From contig CAVZRQ010000008.1 in assembly GCA_963777735.1 (NCBI GenBank), forward strand, positions 81,647-145,646: DNA of 64,000 bases, in the 5' to 3' direction. Positions 10,850 through 19,067 of this stretch are shown piece after piece. How positions within the stretch are numbered: position 1 is the stretch's first letter; every line of letters starts with the position of its first letter. The notes below the pieces were generated by a model that saw only the letters and a list, made by a program, of their open reading frames with translations, ran no database searches and was not told the DNA's origin. Made by a program: the position numbers and the translations under genes. The stretch is from an uncultured Gammaproteobacteria bacterium (lineage in GTDB: Bacteria > Pseudomonadota > Gammaproteobacteria > Steroidobacterales > Steroidobacteraceae).

Positions 10850-11591
10850 TCAACTCCTGCGGATGTTGAAGTCGCAGATGATCGGGCGGTGATCTGAAAG
10901 GCGGATATCGGGAACGCGGAAATCGGTGACTTCGATCTGGTCACTCACCAGCACGAAATCCAGCTCGGCGCGCGGTGCCTTGGAAGGGTAGGTCGGCAGG
11001 CTCTTCAGGTTGGCGCTGCGTCAGCCGCGCGGCACGCATGAAAAGGTACAGCTCATGCGTGCCCCAGAAGGTGTTGAAGTCACCCGCCACGATCACCGGC
11101 TTGGTGGCCTTCTCCACCAGTTCGTGCAGGTAGCGCAGCTGGTATTGCCGGTGCCGGTACTTGATCGACAGATGCACCAGGAACACGCAGACCTCTTCCA
11201 GCTCCAGCTCGATGATCAGGCGCTTGATGCCGGAATCGAAGTAGTGGAAGCGTTCGCCGTGCACGCGCGGTGCGGCCAGGAACGCATTCGCCTGCTTGCG
11301 CACGATGGGCAGGAAGTTGTTCATCGACGAGGCGCCGTACTTGCACTCGTAGGTTGAGTAGTGCCCGAGGCTCGTGGCGATGAACTCGGCCTGGTTCACC
11401 ATGCCGGAGCGGATGGAGCCGGTGTCGATCTCGATCAGGCCGATGATGTCGGCGTCCTGGCTGCGCAGGAACTCGGTGAGCCCGGCCAGCACGCGACGGT
11501 TGCTGCGCAGGTAGCCGGCGCCAGGCAGTGGCAGATGAAAGCCCGGTCCGGTGCCTGTGGCATAGCGGATGTTGTAAACCACCAGACGCAA
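10850..11591 (-). pseudogene. endonuclease/exonuclease/phosphatase (EEP) family protein; one frame break
   Basis: EEP-like N-terminus (VVYNIRYATG, ADIIGLIEID). The C-terminal catalytic end (DFVLVS...RLSDHRPIICDF) is read in another frame. The junction is near 11013-11016. The reconstructed stop lies 4 nt upstream of the FadB-like start. Confidence 0.7.
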
Positions 11592-11655
11592 TTCGTACCC
11601 CGGCTAATCTGTAACAAAGCTAGTTTATCGGGTGTTGGGGTACACTGGGCTGCGT

Positions 11656-12135
11656 ATGTCGCAACAAGCTCCCATCCGCGTGTTCGTCACGCATGCCTGG
11701 CAGGATTCGGACGACTATTCCCAGTTGTTCGAATACCTCGAAAGCGCCCGCAATTTCTTCTACCGCAATACCGGCACGCCAGACAAACCCCCGGCCTCCG
11801 GCGCAACGGAGGCTGTGCGTGATGACCTGCGCCGGCAGATAGACGCGGCGGAAATCGTCATCGCGCTGGCCAGCCTGTATGCCGTGCAACCGGACCTCAT
11901 GATCTTCCAGATGAACTACGCCAAGTCGCAGCGCAAGCCGGTGCTGTTGCTGCGGCCATTCGGCTCGAAGCAGGAGCTGCCGAAACTGCTCACCGAGCGT
12001 GCGGATGAAAGCAGCGAGTGGGAGGAGCGCGGCCTGGTCGATGCCGTCCGCCGCCTGGCGCGCCACGAAAACACGGCTCGCTACGATACGATTGAATTCA
12101 ATCCGGAAGACTTCCGGGACTTCAAGCTCGACTGA
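11656..12135 (+). CDS. TIR-like (DUF1863/MTH538-type) domain protein, standalone
   Basis: About 160 aa. The N-terminal strand IRVFVTHAW followed by the acidic DSDDY, a later VIALAS strand, KPVLLLRP and SEWEE...VDAVRRL match the layout of TIR-like flavodoxin-fold domains. Assigned by eye only. Confidence 0.5.
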   Translation: MSQQAPIRVFVTHAWQDSDDYSQLFEYLESARNFFYRNTGTPDKPPASGATEAVRDDLRRQIDAAEIVIALASLYAVQPDLMIFQMNYAKSQRKPVLLLRPFGSKQELPKLLTERADESSEWEERGLVDAVRRLARHENTARYDTIEFNPEDFRDFKLD

Positions 12136-12510
12136 TCAGCCTTCGGCGGCAAACAGCTGCACGATCGGCGTGGTTGCGGAGTTGCGCACGCTGCGTCTTG
12201 CCGTGCCAGCAGAGACTTCCGTCCTTGCCAGAGTGGCGAATACACGCACCACCATGGCGGCGTAGTGACCTGCCTCATCGTTCGACATCTTGCGAACGGA
12301 AGCGCGGATCACGCTTTCGCGGGGCAGGGGGCGTTCACGATGCATGGCCGCACACAGTGCGGCAAACTCGTTGCGCACACCGTCGGGCAGATCTTCTGCT
12401 TCCACTTCCACCAGATGCGATGCATAAGCATCGGCGAGTCGATCCTTGATCGACCCATCCTGCGAAAGGCGGATGGCAGCGCGTTGCAGCAGTTCAAGTG
12501 TGTTGTTCAT
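12136..12510 (-). CDS. hypothetical small helical protein
   Basis: 124-aa ORF with GC3-biased codons. I do not recognise a family. Its stop abuts the stop of the TIR-like gene. Confidence 0.5.
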   Translation of the reverse strand: MNNTLELLQRAAIRLSQDGSIKDRLADAYASHLVEVEAEDLPDGVRNEFAALCAAMHRERPLPRESVIRASVRKMSNDEAGHYAAMVVRVFATLARTEVSAGTARRSVRNSATTPIVQLFAAEG

Positions 12511-13059
12511 CTGGATCTCATCCTGCCGACTTCATGTGAAGGTCTTGTTATGGATGCAACCTCAAGTAACGCATTAAGGCTGCACCAGCAGAACCTCGTG
12601 CAGAGTCAATGAGGTACGCATGAAATATACACCTCTACCGCAATCACGCAAATCGGAAATCCGTGGTGGAAGGTCGGGACGGCCGGCGCGGAGGGAAATT
12701 CCGGTCCTGTGTCTCTGATCATGATAATCAGTCGAGAAAAATTTTGTAAATACATGTTTCTTAATAGGAAACATGCTTCTTCAGTTGCCGTCATCCTGAA
12801 TAAACTGGCCGGCAGCCGTAAATCCAGAATTGCCGCGATGTTCGTCTGTCAGTCGCGACAACTCCACTCGCTGGTTGTCGTTGATTCTTGACAGGTTGTG
12901 AGCTGCAACGTGATCGCGTGTAGTGCTCGCGACATCGGAATGCCGGTCGTGCATTTCCGATAACCCTTCCCAAGGACGGTGATTTCTTCAGCAGGGGCCT
13001 GTGCCTGTTGTGGACGCGTTTGCCTGCGATTTGTACCCCGTCGATTACTGGAGTGAACA

Positions 13060-14235
13060 ATGATCAGCATCCGAGCATTCGGTCCTGCGATTTTCCTGCT
13101 GCTGGCGCTGTCCAGCGCTCCCGCCACGGCGGCCACGAACGTGGCACCGGTGATCACTGGTTCGCCTGCGACCTCGGTGGTGGCGGGGGCGCGCTACCGG
13201 TTCCGTCCTGTCGCGAGCGATGCCAATCGCGATCGGATCCGGTTCCGCATCACCGGTAAACCTTCCTGGGGCACCTTCAGTCGTTACACCGGGGAGTTCA
13301 CGGGCATTGCACCCGCCGGTCTCAATGCGACTTTCTCGAATATCGTGGTGTCCGCGAGTGACGGCAGGCTGTCGTCGTCCCTGCCGCCATTTTCCATCCG
13401 CGTCACCAGTGGCGTGGCCAATGCTGCACCGACGATTTCGGGAAGCCCGGCGACCAGCGTCCAGTCATCCGGGGTGTACAGCTTCAAGCCCACTGCCAGC
13501 GATGCCAATGGTGACCCACTGACCTTCAGCATCCAGAACAAGCCCGCCTGGGCTGCATTCAATGCGGCCACCGGCCAGGTTTCGGGCACCGCGCCATCGG
13601 TCGCGAGCACCAGCGCGGGTATCGTCATCAGCGTGAGTGATGGCAAATTGTCCACGGCGTTACCCACGTTCGCGATCAACGTCCTGGCGTCGGCAAGCAA
13701 CACAGCACCAACGATTTCAGGCGCTCCGGCGACCAGTGTGCAGACGACCGCTGCCTACAGCTTCCGGCCGACAGCTGCCGACGCCAACGGCGACGCGCTG
13801 TCATTCAGCATCCAGAACAAGCCATCCTGGGCGAGCTTCAGTGTGGCAACCGGGCAGTTGTCCGGCACAACGCCAGCCACATCTACTGCAAACCCGGGCA
13901 TTGTCATCAGCGTGAGCGACGGTAAGGTGGCGTCTGCACTGCCTGCATTCACGATCAATGTCACGGCGCCCACTTCGGGGACTGCCTCGCTCGGCTGGTC
14001 GCCGCCCACACAGAACACGGATGGCAGCGCGCTGACCGACCTGGCTGGCTACCGCCTGTATTTCGGCAGCAGCCCGGCATCCCTGACGCAGGTAATGGCG
14101 ATTTCAGGGGCCGCGACCACCACCCACGTGGTGACGAATCTCAGCGCGGGAACCTGGTACTTCGCATTGACGGCCCGCACCAGCGCAGGAGTGGAAAGTG
14201 CCATGTCGACTATCGTGTCGAAAGCCATTCCATGA
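13060..14235 (+). CDS. secreted protein with three tandem Ig-like (putative-Ig/cadherin-like) repeats and a C-terminal fibronectin type III-like domain
   Basis: Signal peptide MISIRAFGPAIFLLLALSSAPATA. Three repeats of about 93 aa follow the pattern AP.I.G.PATSV....Y.F.P.A.DANGD.L.FSI.NKP.WA.F...TG.SGT......I.ISVSDGK. The C-terminus is FN3-like (GYRLYFG...WYFALTA). Confidence 0.75.
   Translation: MISIRAFGPAIFLLLALSSAPATAATNVAPVITGSPATSVVAGARYRFRPVASDANRDRIRFRITGKPSWGTFSRYTGEFTGIAPAGLNATFSNIVVSASDGRLSSSLPPFSIRVTSGVANAAPTISGSPATSVQSSGVYSFKPTASDANGDPLTFSIQNKPAWAAFNAATGQVSGTAPSVASTSAGIVISVSDGKLSTALPTFAINVLASASNTAPTISGAPATSVQTTAAYSFRPTAADANGDALSFSIQNKPSWASFSVATGQLSGTTPATSTANPGIVISVSDGKVASALPAFTINVTAPTSGTASLGWSPPTQNTDGSALTDLAGYRLYFGSSPASLTQVMAISGAATTTHVVTNLSAGTWYFALTARTSAGVESAMSTIVSKAIP
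13138..13968 (+). repeat. three tandem coding repeats of about 280 nt each (the Ig-like modules)
   Basis: Repeat units at about 13138-13416, 13417-13698 and 13699-13968. Units 2 and 3 are clearly more similar to each other than to unit 1. Confidence 0.8.
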
Positions 14236-14267
14236 GCGTTGGCAGGCGGGAAACGGTCGACAGGTGA

Positions 14268-15509
14268 TCAGCCAGCCGCCAGCAGGAGCAATGTCAGGCT
14301 GGCGGCTGCCGTCATCAGGGCCAGGCCCGTACCAACGCGCCAGCCATAGCCGGTGCCGCCACTGATGAATGCCAGCACCGTCTTGGCCACGGAACTCACC
14401 AGCAACAGCAGCATCAGGCCCCAGCTGGCCGTGGCAGCCGGCAGCTGGTTGTCGACTGACAATTGCGCAATGCTGGCCGCCGCCGCTTGCAGCTCGGCCA
14501 GCGCAACGGTAGCGGAGGCGATCAGTACACCGGCACTGCCAAACTGGCGCTGCAACCAGGCTGATACCAGCAGCAGCAGCCCCATCACGGCGGCGAGCAT
14601 CAGGGCATGACTGAGCTTGAAGGCTTGCGAAGGACCGGAGTCCGGCAGGCTGGCGGTGGAATCGCGACGGATTACGCCAGCCCCCGCTACCAGCAGCAAC
14701 ACGACGCCGGCCGCACTCAGTGGCAAGGCGACAGCCGCCAGTAACCGAGGCGCAGCCGCAGCCACTACGGCGGCAAACAACACCAGTGAACCCAGGTTGG
14801 CGAACAATGCGCCCGCTGCGGCAGGCGCCACCTGTTCGGGTGTGGCCTTGGCCCGATGCCCGAACCCAGCTACGGCCGCCGTCGACGATGCAAAGCCGGA
14901 CAGGAATCCCGCCAGGGGCAAACCCCACCGGGCGCCAAGCGTGCGCAAGGCCAGCTGGCCCGCCATGCCTACCGCCAGGATAAGCACGACCATGCGCCAC
15001 AGCCTGGAGGGCACCAGCACGCCCCATGGATCAACGGCCACATCGGGAAGCACTGGCAGCACAACCAGGGCGGCACCGGCCAGCAGCAGGCCATCACGCA
15101 GTTCCTGCTCGCTGAGCCAATGGCGCACCAACTGATGCAATGGGCCTTTCGCGAACAGCACGCCCGCGACAATCACCGCAAGCCCGGCTGCAATGCCAGG
15201 GTGCGAGTTGGCCAGGGCGGCCAGCAACGCGGTGACCGGCAAGGCCACTTCGCCTGTCAGCCCCGGATCGATGGCGGCTGTCCGGATGTAGCTCGCCACA
15301 CCCAACGCTCCCAGCACCAGCAGTACGGCAATGAACACAGCCAGACCCAGCGCGATGCCGACCGAACCCGCCAGCGCGACCAGCACGTGTGTGCGCACGC
15401 CGGCCACAGATTGCTGGGGATCAGGCTGTGCGCGCTCCCTCACCGCGCCGATCAGCAGGCCGATGCCGATTGCCGATGCCAGGCCATGCAGCGAAATGAC
15501 GGTATCCAT
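14268..15509 (-). CDS. MgtC/SapB family membrane protein with DUF4010 domain
   Basis: 413 aa, polytopic and very hydrophobic. The N-terminus (GIGLLIGAVRE...GVRTHVLVAL) is typical of MgtC-DUF4010 proteins. Confidence 0.7.
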   Translation of the reverse strand: MDTVISLHGLASAIGIGLLIGAVRERAQPDPQQSVAGVRTHVLVALAGSVGIALGLAVFIAVLLVLGALGVASYIRTAAIDPGLTGEVALPVTALLAALANSHPGIAAGLAVIVAGVLFAKGPLHQLVRHWLSEQELRDGLLLAGAALVVLPVLPDVAVDPWGVLVPSRLWRMVVLILAVGMAGQLALRTLGARWGLPLAGFLSGFASSTAAVAGFGHRAKATPEQVAPAAAGALFANLGSLVLFAAVVAAAAPRLLAAVALPLSAAGVVLLLVAGAGVIRRDSTASLPDSGPSQAFKLSHALMLAAVMGLLLLVSAWLQRQFGSAGVLIASATVALAELQAAAASIAQLSVDNQLPAATASWGLMLLLLVSSVAKTVLAFISGGTGYGWRVGTGLALMTAAASLTLLLLAAG

Positions 15510-15598
15510 GCACGCAATGTTACGCGGCAGGCAGCCGTTGTGCCTTGCGGGTGCCGATGATTATTACCCTTTGAGGGACGATACGTGCCTGCGCTAAC

Positions 15599-16744
15599 AT
15601 GGAGGGCGCGACACCGATGCTCGCACCAATAACAACAATGAATGGGGGAGTGTCCATGACCGAAGTGCCTGCCCAGGCTTCTGCGGAGCGCGAGATACCA
15701 CTGGAGTTCCGTGCCAGCGGTGGTGAGTATTTCCGCATCTGGATCGTGAACCTGCTGTTGACGATCGTGACGCTGGGTATTTACTCAGCCTGGGCGAAGG
15801 TTCGGCGCCTGCGCTATTTCTATGGCAGCACTTCGCTGGACGGCAGCAGTTTCGAATATCACGGCCAGCCGATTGCCATCCTCAAGGGTCGGCTGATTGC
15901 CCTGTTCGTCTACCTGCTGATTGCCGTTCTCGGGCAGATGAATCCGGTGATCAATATCGCGCTGGCGCCGCTCATCCTATTCGGGTTGCCCTGGATCATC
16001 ATGCGCGCACGCCTGTTCCAGATGCGCATGACATCCTGGCGCGGTCTGCGTTTCAATTTCCACGGCGGTTATGGCGGCGCGCTGGGTGCGTTCATCGGCT
16101 GGCCATTTCTCGCCGCGCTGACCCTCTTCGTGCTGTGGCCAGTGGCGCTGTGGAAGCAGGTCAATTACCTGGTGCACAACAATGCCTATGGGTCGCAGCG
16201 CTTCACGTTTGTGTCCACCAAAGGTTCGTACTATCGCTTCTGCCTGATCGGGCTGGCATTCACGATCGGGGTGTTCGCCTGCATTGCTGTCATCCTGTGG
16301 ATGCTGCTGGGCTCCGTGTTCGTGGCCCGGACACTCACCACGGAAGGCGCAGACCCGACGGATGTCCTCCGGATCCTGCTGTCGGGCAGGTTCATCCTCT
16401 CGGTGGTCGTTTACATCATCGGTTTCATGCTGGTAACCGCCTATTTCCGTTCCAGGATGCTCAATACCTCCATTGGCGGCATGCAGGTCGGCCCGCACCG
16501 GGTGTACTCGCGCCTCGCAATCTGGCCGATGTTCTTCATCCTGCTGACCAACTTCCTGGCCATGATCGTGACGTTGGGATTGTTCTTTCCGTGGGCCAAG
16601 GTCCGTTCGATGCGCTACCAGCTGGCCAACACCGGCGTGATCGCGAACGGCGACTTGAACCAGTTCGTTGCGGAAGCAAACCAGGGTGTCAGTGCCATTG
16701 GTGAGGAAGTCAGCGACATCTTCGACATCGACTTCGGCTTCTGA
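15599..16744 (+). CDS. YjgN/DUF898 family membrane protein
   Basis: F.G.GGEYFRIWIVNLLLTIVTLGIYSAWAKVRRLRYF is repeated in degenerate form near the C-terminus (LGLFFPWAKVRSMRY). The start is uncertain; internal ATGs include 15656. Confidence 0.75.
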   Translation: MEGATPMLAPITTMNGGVSMTEVPAQASAEREIPLEFRASGGEYFRIWIVNLLLTIVTLGIYSAWAKVRRLRYFYGSTSLDGSSFEYHGQPIAILKGRLIALFVYLLIAVLGQMNPVINIALAPLILFGLPWIIMRARLFQMRMTSWRGLRFNFHGGYGGALGAFIGWPFLAALTLFVLWPVALWKQVNYLVHNNAYGSQRFTFVSTKGSYYRFCLIGLAFTIGVFACIAVILWMLLGSVFVARTLTTEGADPTDVLRILLSGRFILSVVVYIIGFMLVTAYFRSRMLNTSIGGMQVGPHRVYSRLAIWPMFFILLTNFLAMIVTLGLFFPWAKVRSMRYQLANTGVIANGDLNQFVAEANQGVSAIGEEVSDIFDIDFGF

Positions 16745-17742
16745 TGATCCGCGGCCGCTATTTCGACGCGCAGAAATCAGCGCCCATCGAAGCCACGCTG
16801 CAGCTTGCGGCGGGCGGTCAATGGGCGTTGCAGGCGCCCGGGCTGAACCTGCTGCTCGATCGGCAGTTGCTGCGCGTGTCCGACCGGATAGGCAGCATTC
16901 CGCGCCGCGTGCACCTGCCAGATGGCGCCGAGTTCGAAACCACTGACAACGACGGCATGGATCAACTGCTGGGCACCCATCGCCAGCGCCACACTGGTCT
17001 GGTCAATGCGCTCGAGCGGCGATGGGGTGTTGCCGTTGCAGCCCTTGCTGCCGTGGTGATGATCAGCTTTCTCGTTATCCGGTACGGGCTGCCTGCCATG
17101 GCCGATTGGGCGGCAATGCGGTTGCCCGGCAGGGCGGATCAGCTGATCGGCGCGCAGACACTGGAAGTACTGGATCGCAGCCTGCTCAAACCCAGTCGTG
17201 TGGACCCACAGCGTCAGGCGCAGTTGTCGGGGCTGTTCACGAGCATGACGTCGGGTCTTGCCGATGGCCATGACTACCGGCTCGAATTCCGCAGTGCCCG
17301 CTCACTCGGGCCCAATGCGCTCGCATTGCCTTCCGGCATCATCGTGGTCACCGACGAACTGGTGCAGATCGCAACCAGCGACGAAGAGATCGCGGCGGTC
17401 CTCGCGCATGAGGTCGGGCATGTGCGTGGTCGCCATGCGCTGCGACAGATCATCCAGGGCGCGGGGGTGTCCATCCTGGCGCTGGTGGTGCTGGGCGATG
17501 TCGGGTCGGTATCTGCGATCGCCAGTGCCGCGCCGTTGTTGATCCAGGCCAAACATTCGCGCGACTTCGAACGCGAGGCCGATGTCTACGCGCGCGCCTG
17601 GCTTGCCGAGGCCGGCATCGCGAGCTCGCGTTTCGACGACATCCTCTGCCGGATGATCCATTCACGGGGCGGAAGATCTGCCGAGCCACCGGTATTCCTC
17701 TCGACCCATCCCGACACGGCTGAGCGAGTCCGCTGCGAATGA
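16744..17742 (+). CDS. M48 family zinc metallopeptidase
   Basis: HEVGHVRGRH (HExxH) motif with a downstream E. One TM segment follows a soluble N-terminal domain. Its start shares one nucleotide with the DUF898 stop. Confidence 0.8.
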   Translation: MIRGRYFDAQKSAPIEATLQLAAGGQWALQAPGLNLLLDRQLLRVSDRIGSIPRRVHLPDGAEFETTDNDGMDQLLGTHRQRHTGLVNALERRWGVAVAALAAVVMISFLVIRYGLPAMADWAAMRLPGRADQLIGAQTLEVLDRSLLKPSRVDPQRQAQLSGLFTSMTSGLADGHDYRLEFRSARSLGPNALALPSGIIVVTDELVQIATSDEEIAAVLAHEVGHVRGRHALRQIIQGAGVSILALVVLGDVGSVSAIASAAPLLIQAKHSRDFEREADVYARAWLAEAGIASSRFDDILCRMIHSRGGRSAEPPVFLSTHPDTAERVRCE

Positions 17743-17751
17743 GTCCTGCCC

Positions 17752-18063
17752 TTACTGGGCGCCGATCGCCAGCCAGCTGAGATCCACCCGCCACATGCGG
17801 GTGGCAAGCCAGGTGGAGAGCACCACCTCGAATCCATCCTGCGTGATGTGCGAAACGGCCGCTGTCAGCCGCGCTGAATCCTGATTGCCGATGTCGAATC
17901 CGACAATGCCGATGTGTACCAGCGGCGTGGCACTGAATCGCTGGGAGAAGGGCACCCAGGTGCGGAAGGACCGATCAATGCCGCCACGAGGCTGGTCCAG
18001 CACCCACCCTGCATGTGTCGTGTCCAGGGTTGCAGTGCCAGCAAGGAAATTGAATGGCTGCAC
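17752..18063 (-). CDS. H-type lectin domain protein
   Basis: 103 aa. The pattern F..PF...P.V..GI.GFD......RL...V..IT.DGFEV...TW......V.LSWLAIG fits the H-type lectin fold. Assigned by eye. Confidence 0.55.
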   Translation of the reverse strand: MQPFNFLAGTATLDTTHAGWVLDQPRGGIDRSFRTWVPFSQRFSATPLVHIGIVGFDIGNQDSARLTAAVSHITQDGFEVVLSTWLATRMWRVDLSWLAIGAQ

Positions 18064-18082
18064 GCGTACGGCCGGACTGCGG

Positions 18083-18277
18083 TCAGTGGTGGCTGGTGGA
18101 ATTCAGCAGCTGGTGACGCACGCGTCGTACGGCGAGCAGCGTGACGAAGTTGGTGATGGTTGCGCCCTCGGCCAGCGCATCGCGCTCGCGCTCGAACAGG
18201 GCAGTGACTTTGGTCAGCGGCGCGCTGGTTTCGCGCGCCAGATTTTCCAGAACCGTGGTGTCTGATGCCTGGCTCAT
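18083..18277 (-). CDS. small hypothetical protein (possibly DUF3562-like)
   Basis: 64-aa ORF with good codon bias, co-directional with the lectin gene. The family call is tentative. Confidence 0.35.
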   Translation of the reverse strand: MSQASDTTVLENLARETSAPLTKVTALFERERDALAEGATITNFVTLLAVRRVRHQLLNSTSHH

Positions 18278-18448
18278 TGGAGTTACCTGCTGGTCAGTTC
18301 ACTGATGTCCTGCGGGAGCTTATCCCCAAGAAAAGTCGAACGGCGTCAGTAGTCGTACACTTCAGCTGATGTTTATCCTCAGGATAGGGAGCTAACATAT
18401 TGTTTCTGCGCCAATAGTTTCTCGCAGGGCCACAGCAAGTTGTTTCAC

Positions 18449-18477
18449 TTGACATGCGGGCCCCGAAGATCTGTAAT
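18449..18477 (+). promoter_or_regulatory. sigma70-type promoter candidate for the GbsR-like regulator
   Basis: TTGACA (18449-18454), a 17-nt spacer, then TGTAAT (18472-18477). The predicted transcription start falls at or next to the ATG at 18485. Confidence 0.4.
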
Positions 18478-18494
18478 TTCTGTCATGACAGAAA
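18477..18494. promoter_or_regulatory. perfect 18-bp palindrome (candidate operator) spanning the regulator start codon
   Basis: TTTCTGTCATGACAGAAA. Extra TTTCTG/TTTCTC half-site-like copies occur at 18403-18408 and 18418-18423. Confidence 0.45.
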
Positions 18495-19057
18495 CAACAG
18501 ACAAGACAGGAACCTTGCCAGAGGCCGTGCGGGAATTCGTGCTGCTGTGGGGCAATCTGGGCGAACGCTGGGGAGTGAATCGCTCCGTCAGCCAGATCCA
18601 TGCGCTGCTGTATGCCTCGGAGCACGCGTTGACCGCAGAGGAGATCGCCGACACCTTGAGCATTGCCCGCTCGAATGTCTCCACCTCGCTGCGCGAGCTG
18701 CAGAACTGGGACATCGTGCGGCCGATTGCAGTGATGGGCGACAGGCGCACGTTCTACGAGGCGGAAACGGACCTGTGGACACTGGTGTCGCGCATCGCCC
18801 AGGGCCGCAAGGCACGGGAACTGGACCCTGCCGCCGCGGCATTGCGGCAATGCCTCGCCGCTGCAGAAGGCGACGCTTCGGTCAGCGCCGTTGCGACCAA
18901 GCGGCTGCGCGCGATGCTGGAGTTCGTGGACCAGACGAGCCGTTGGTATGAACAGATGGCCACGCTGCCCAAGTCGCAGCTGGCCACCCTGATGAAGCTG
19001 GGCAGCGGTATATCGCGGTGGCTGTCGCCACGCGGCGGCAAGGCACCGCGCGGGTAA
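18485..19057 (+). CDS. GbsR/MarR-family winged-helix transcriptional regulator
   Basis: The GbsR-like N-terminus is FVLLWGNLGERWGVNRSVSQIHALLY...LTAEEIADTLSIARSNVSTSLRELQNW. I chose ATG 18485, the first ATG in frame; no Shine-Dalgarno sequence precedes it. Confidence 0.7.
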   Translation: MTETTDKTGTLPEAVREFVLLWGNLGERWGVNRSVSQIHALLYASEHALTAEEIADTLSIARSNVSTSLRELQNWDIVRPIAVMGDRRTFYEAETDLWTLVSRIAQGRKARELDPAAAALRQCLAAAEGDASVSAVATKRLRAMLEFVDQTSRWYEQMATLPKSQLATLMKLGSGISRWLSPRGGKAPRG

Positions 19058-19067
19058 CCAGGCTGGC

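Noticed and set aside
10850-12510. Calling the EEP / TIR-like / helical-ORF trio a Thoeris-like or other named defence system
   Set aside because: No ThsA-like (SIR2/SLOG/Macro) or other known effector is present. The three genes are not co-directional. The EEP gene resembles a common housekeeping-type family. The evidence supports only an orphan TIR-like protein.
12511-13059. The AT-rich gap as a mobile-element remnant, small RNA or tRNA-like attachment site
   Set aside because: There are no terminal inverted or direct repeats flanking it. There is no transposase or integrase fragment in any frame and no tRNA-like cloverleaf motif. The short ORFs (60-102 aa) lack coding bias. It is better explained as a divergent promoter region.
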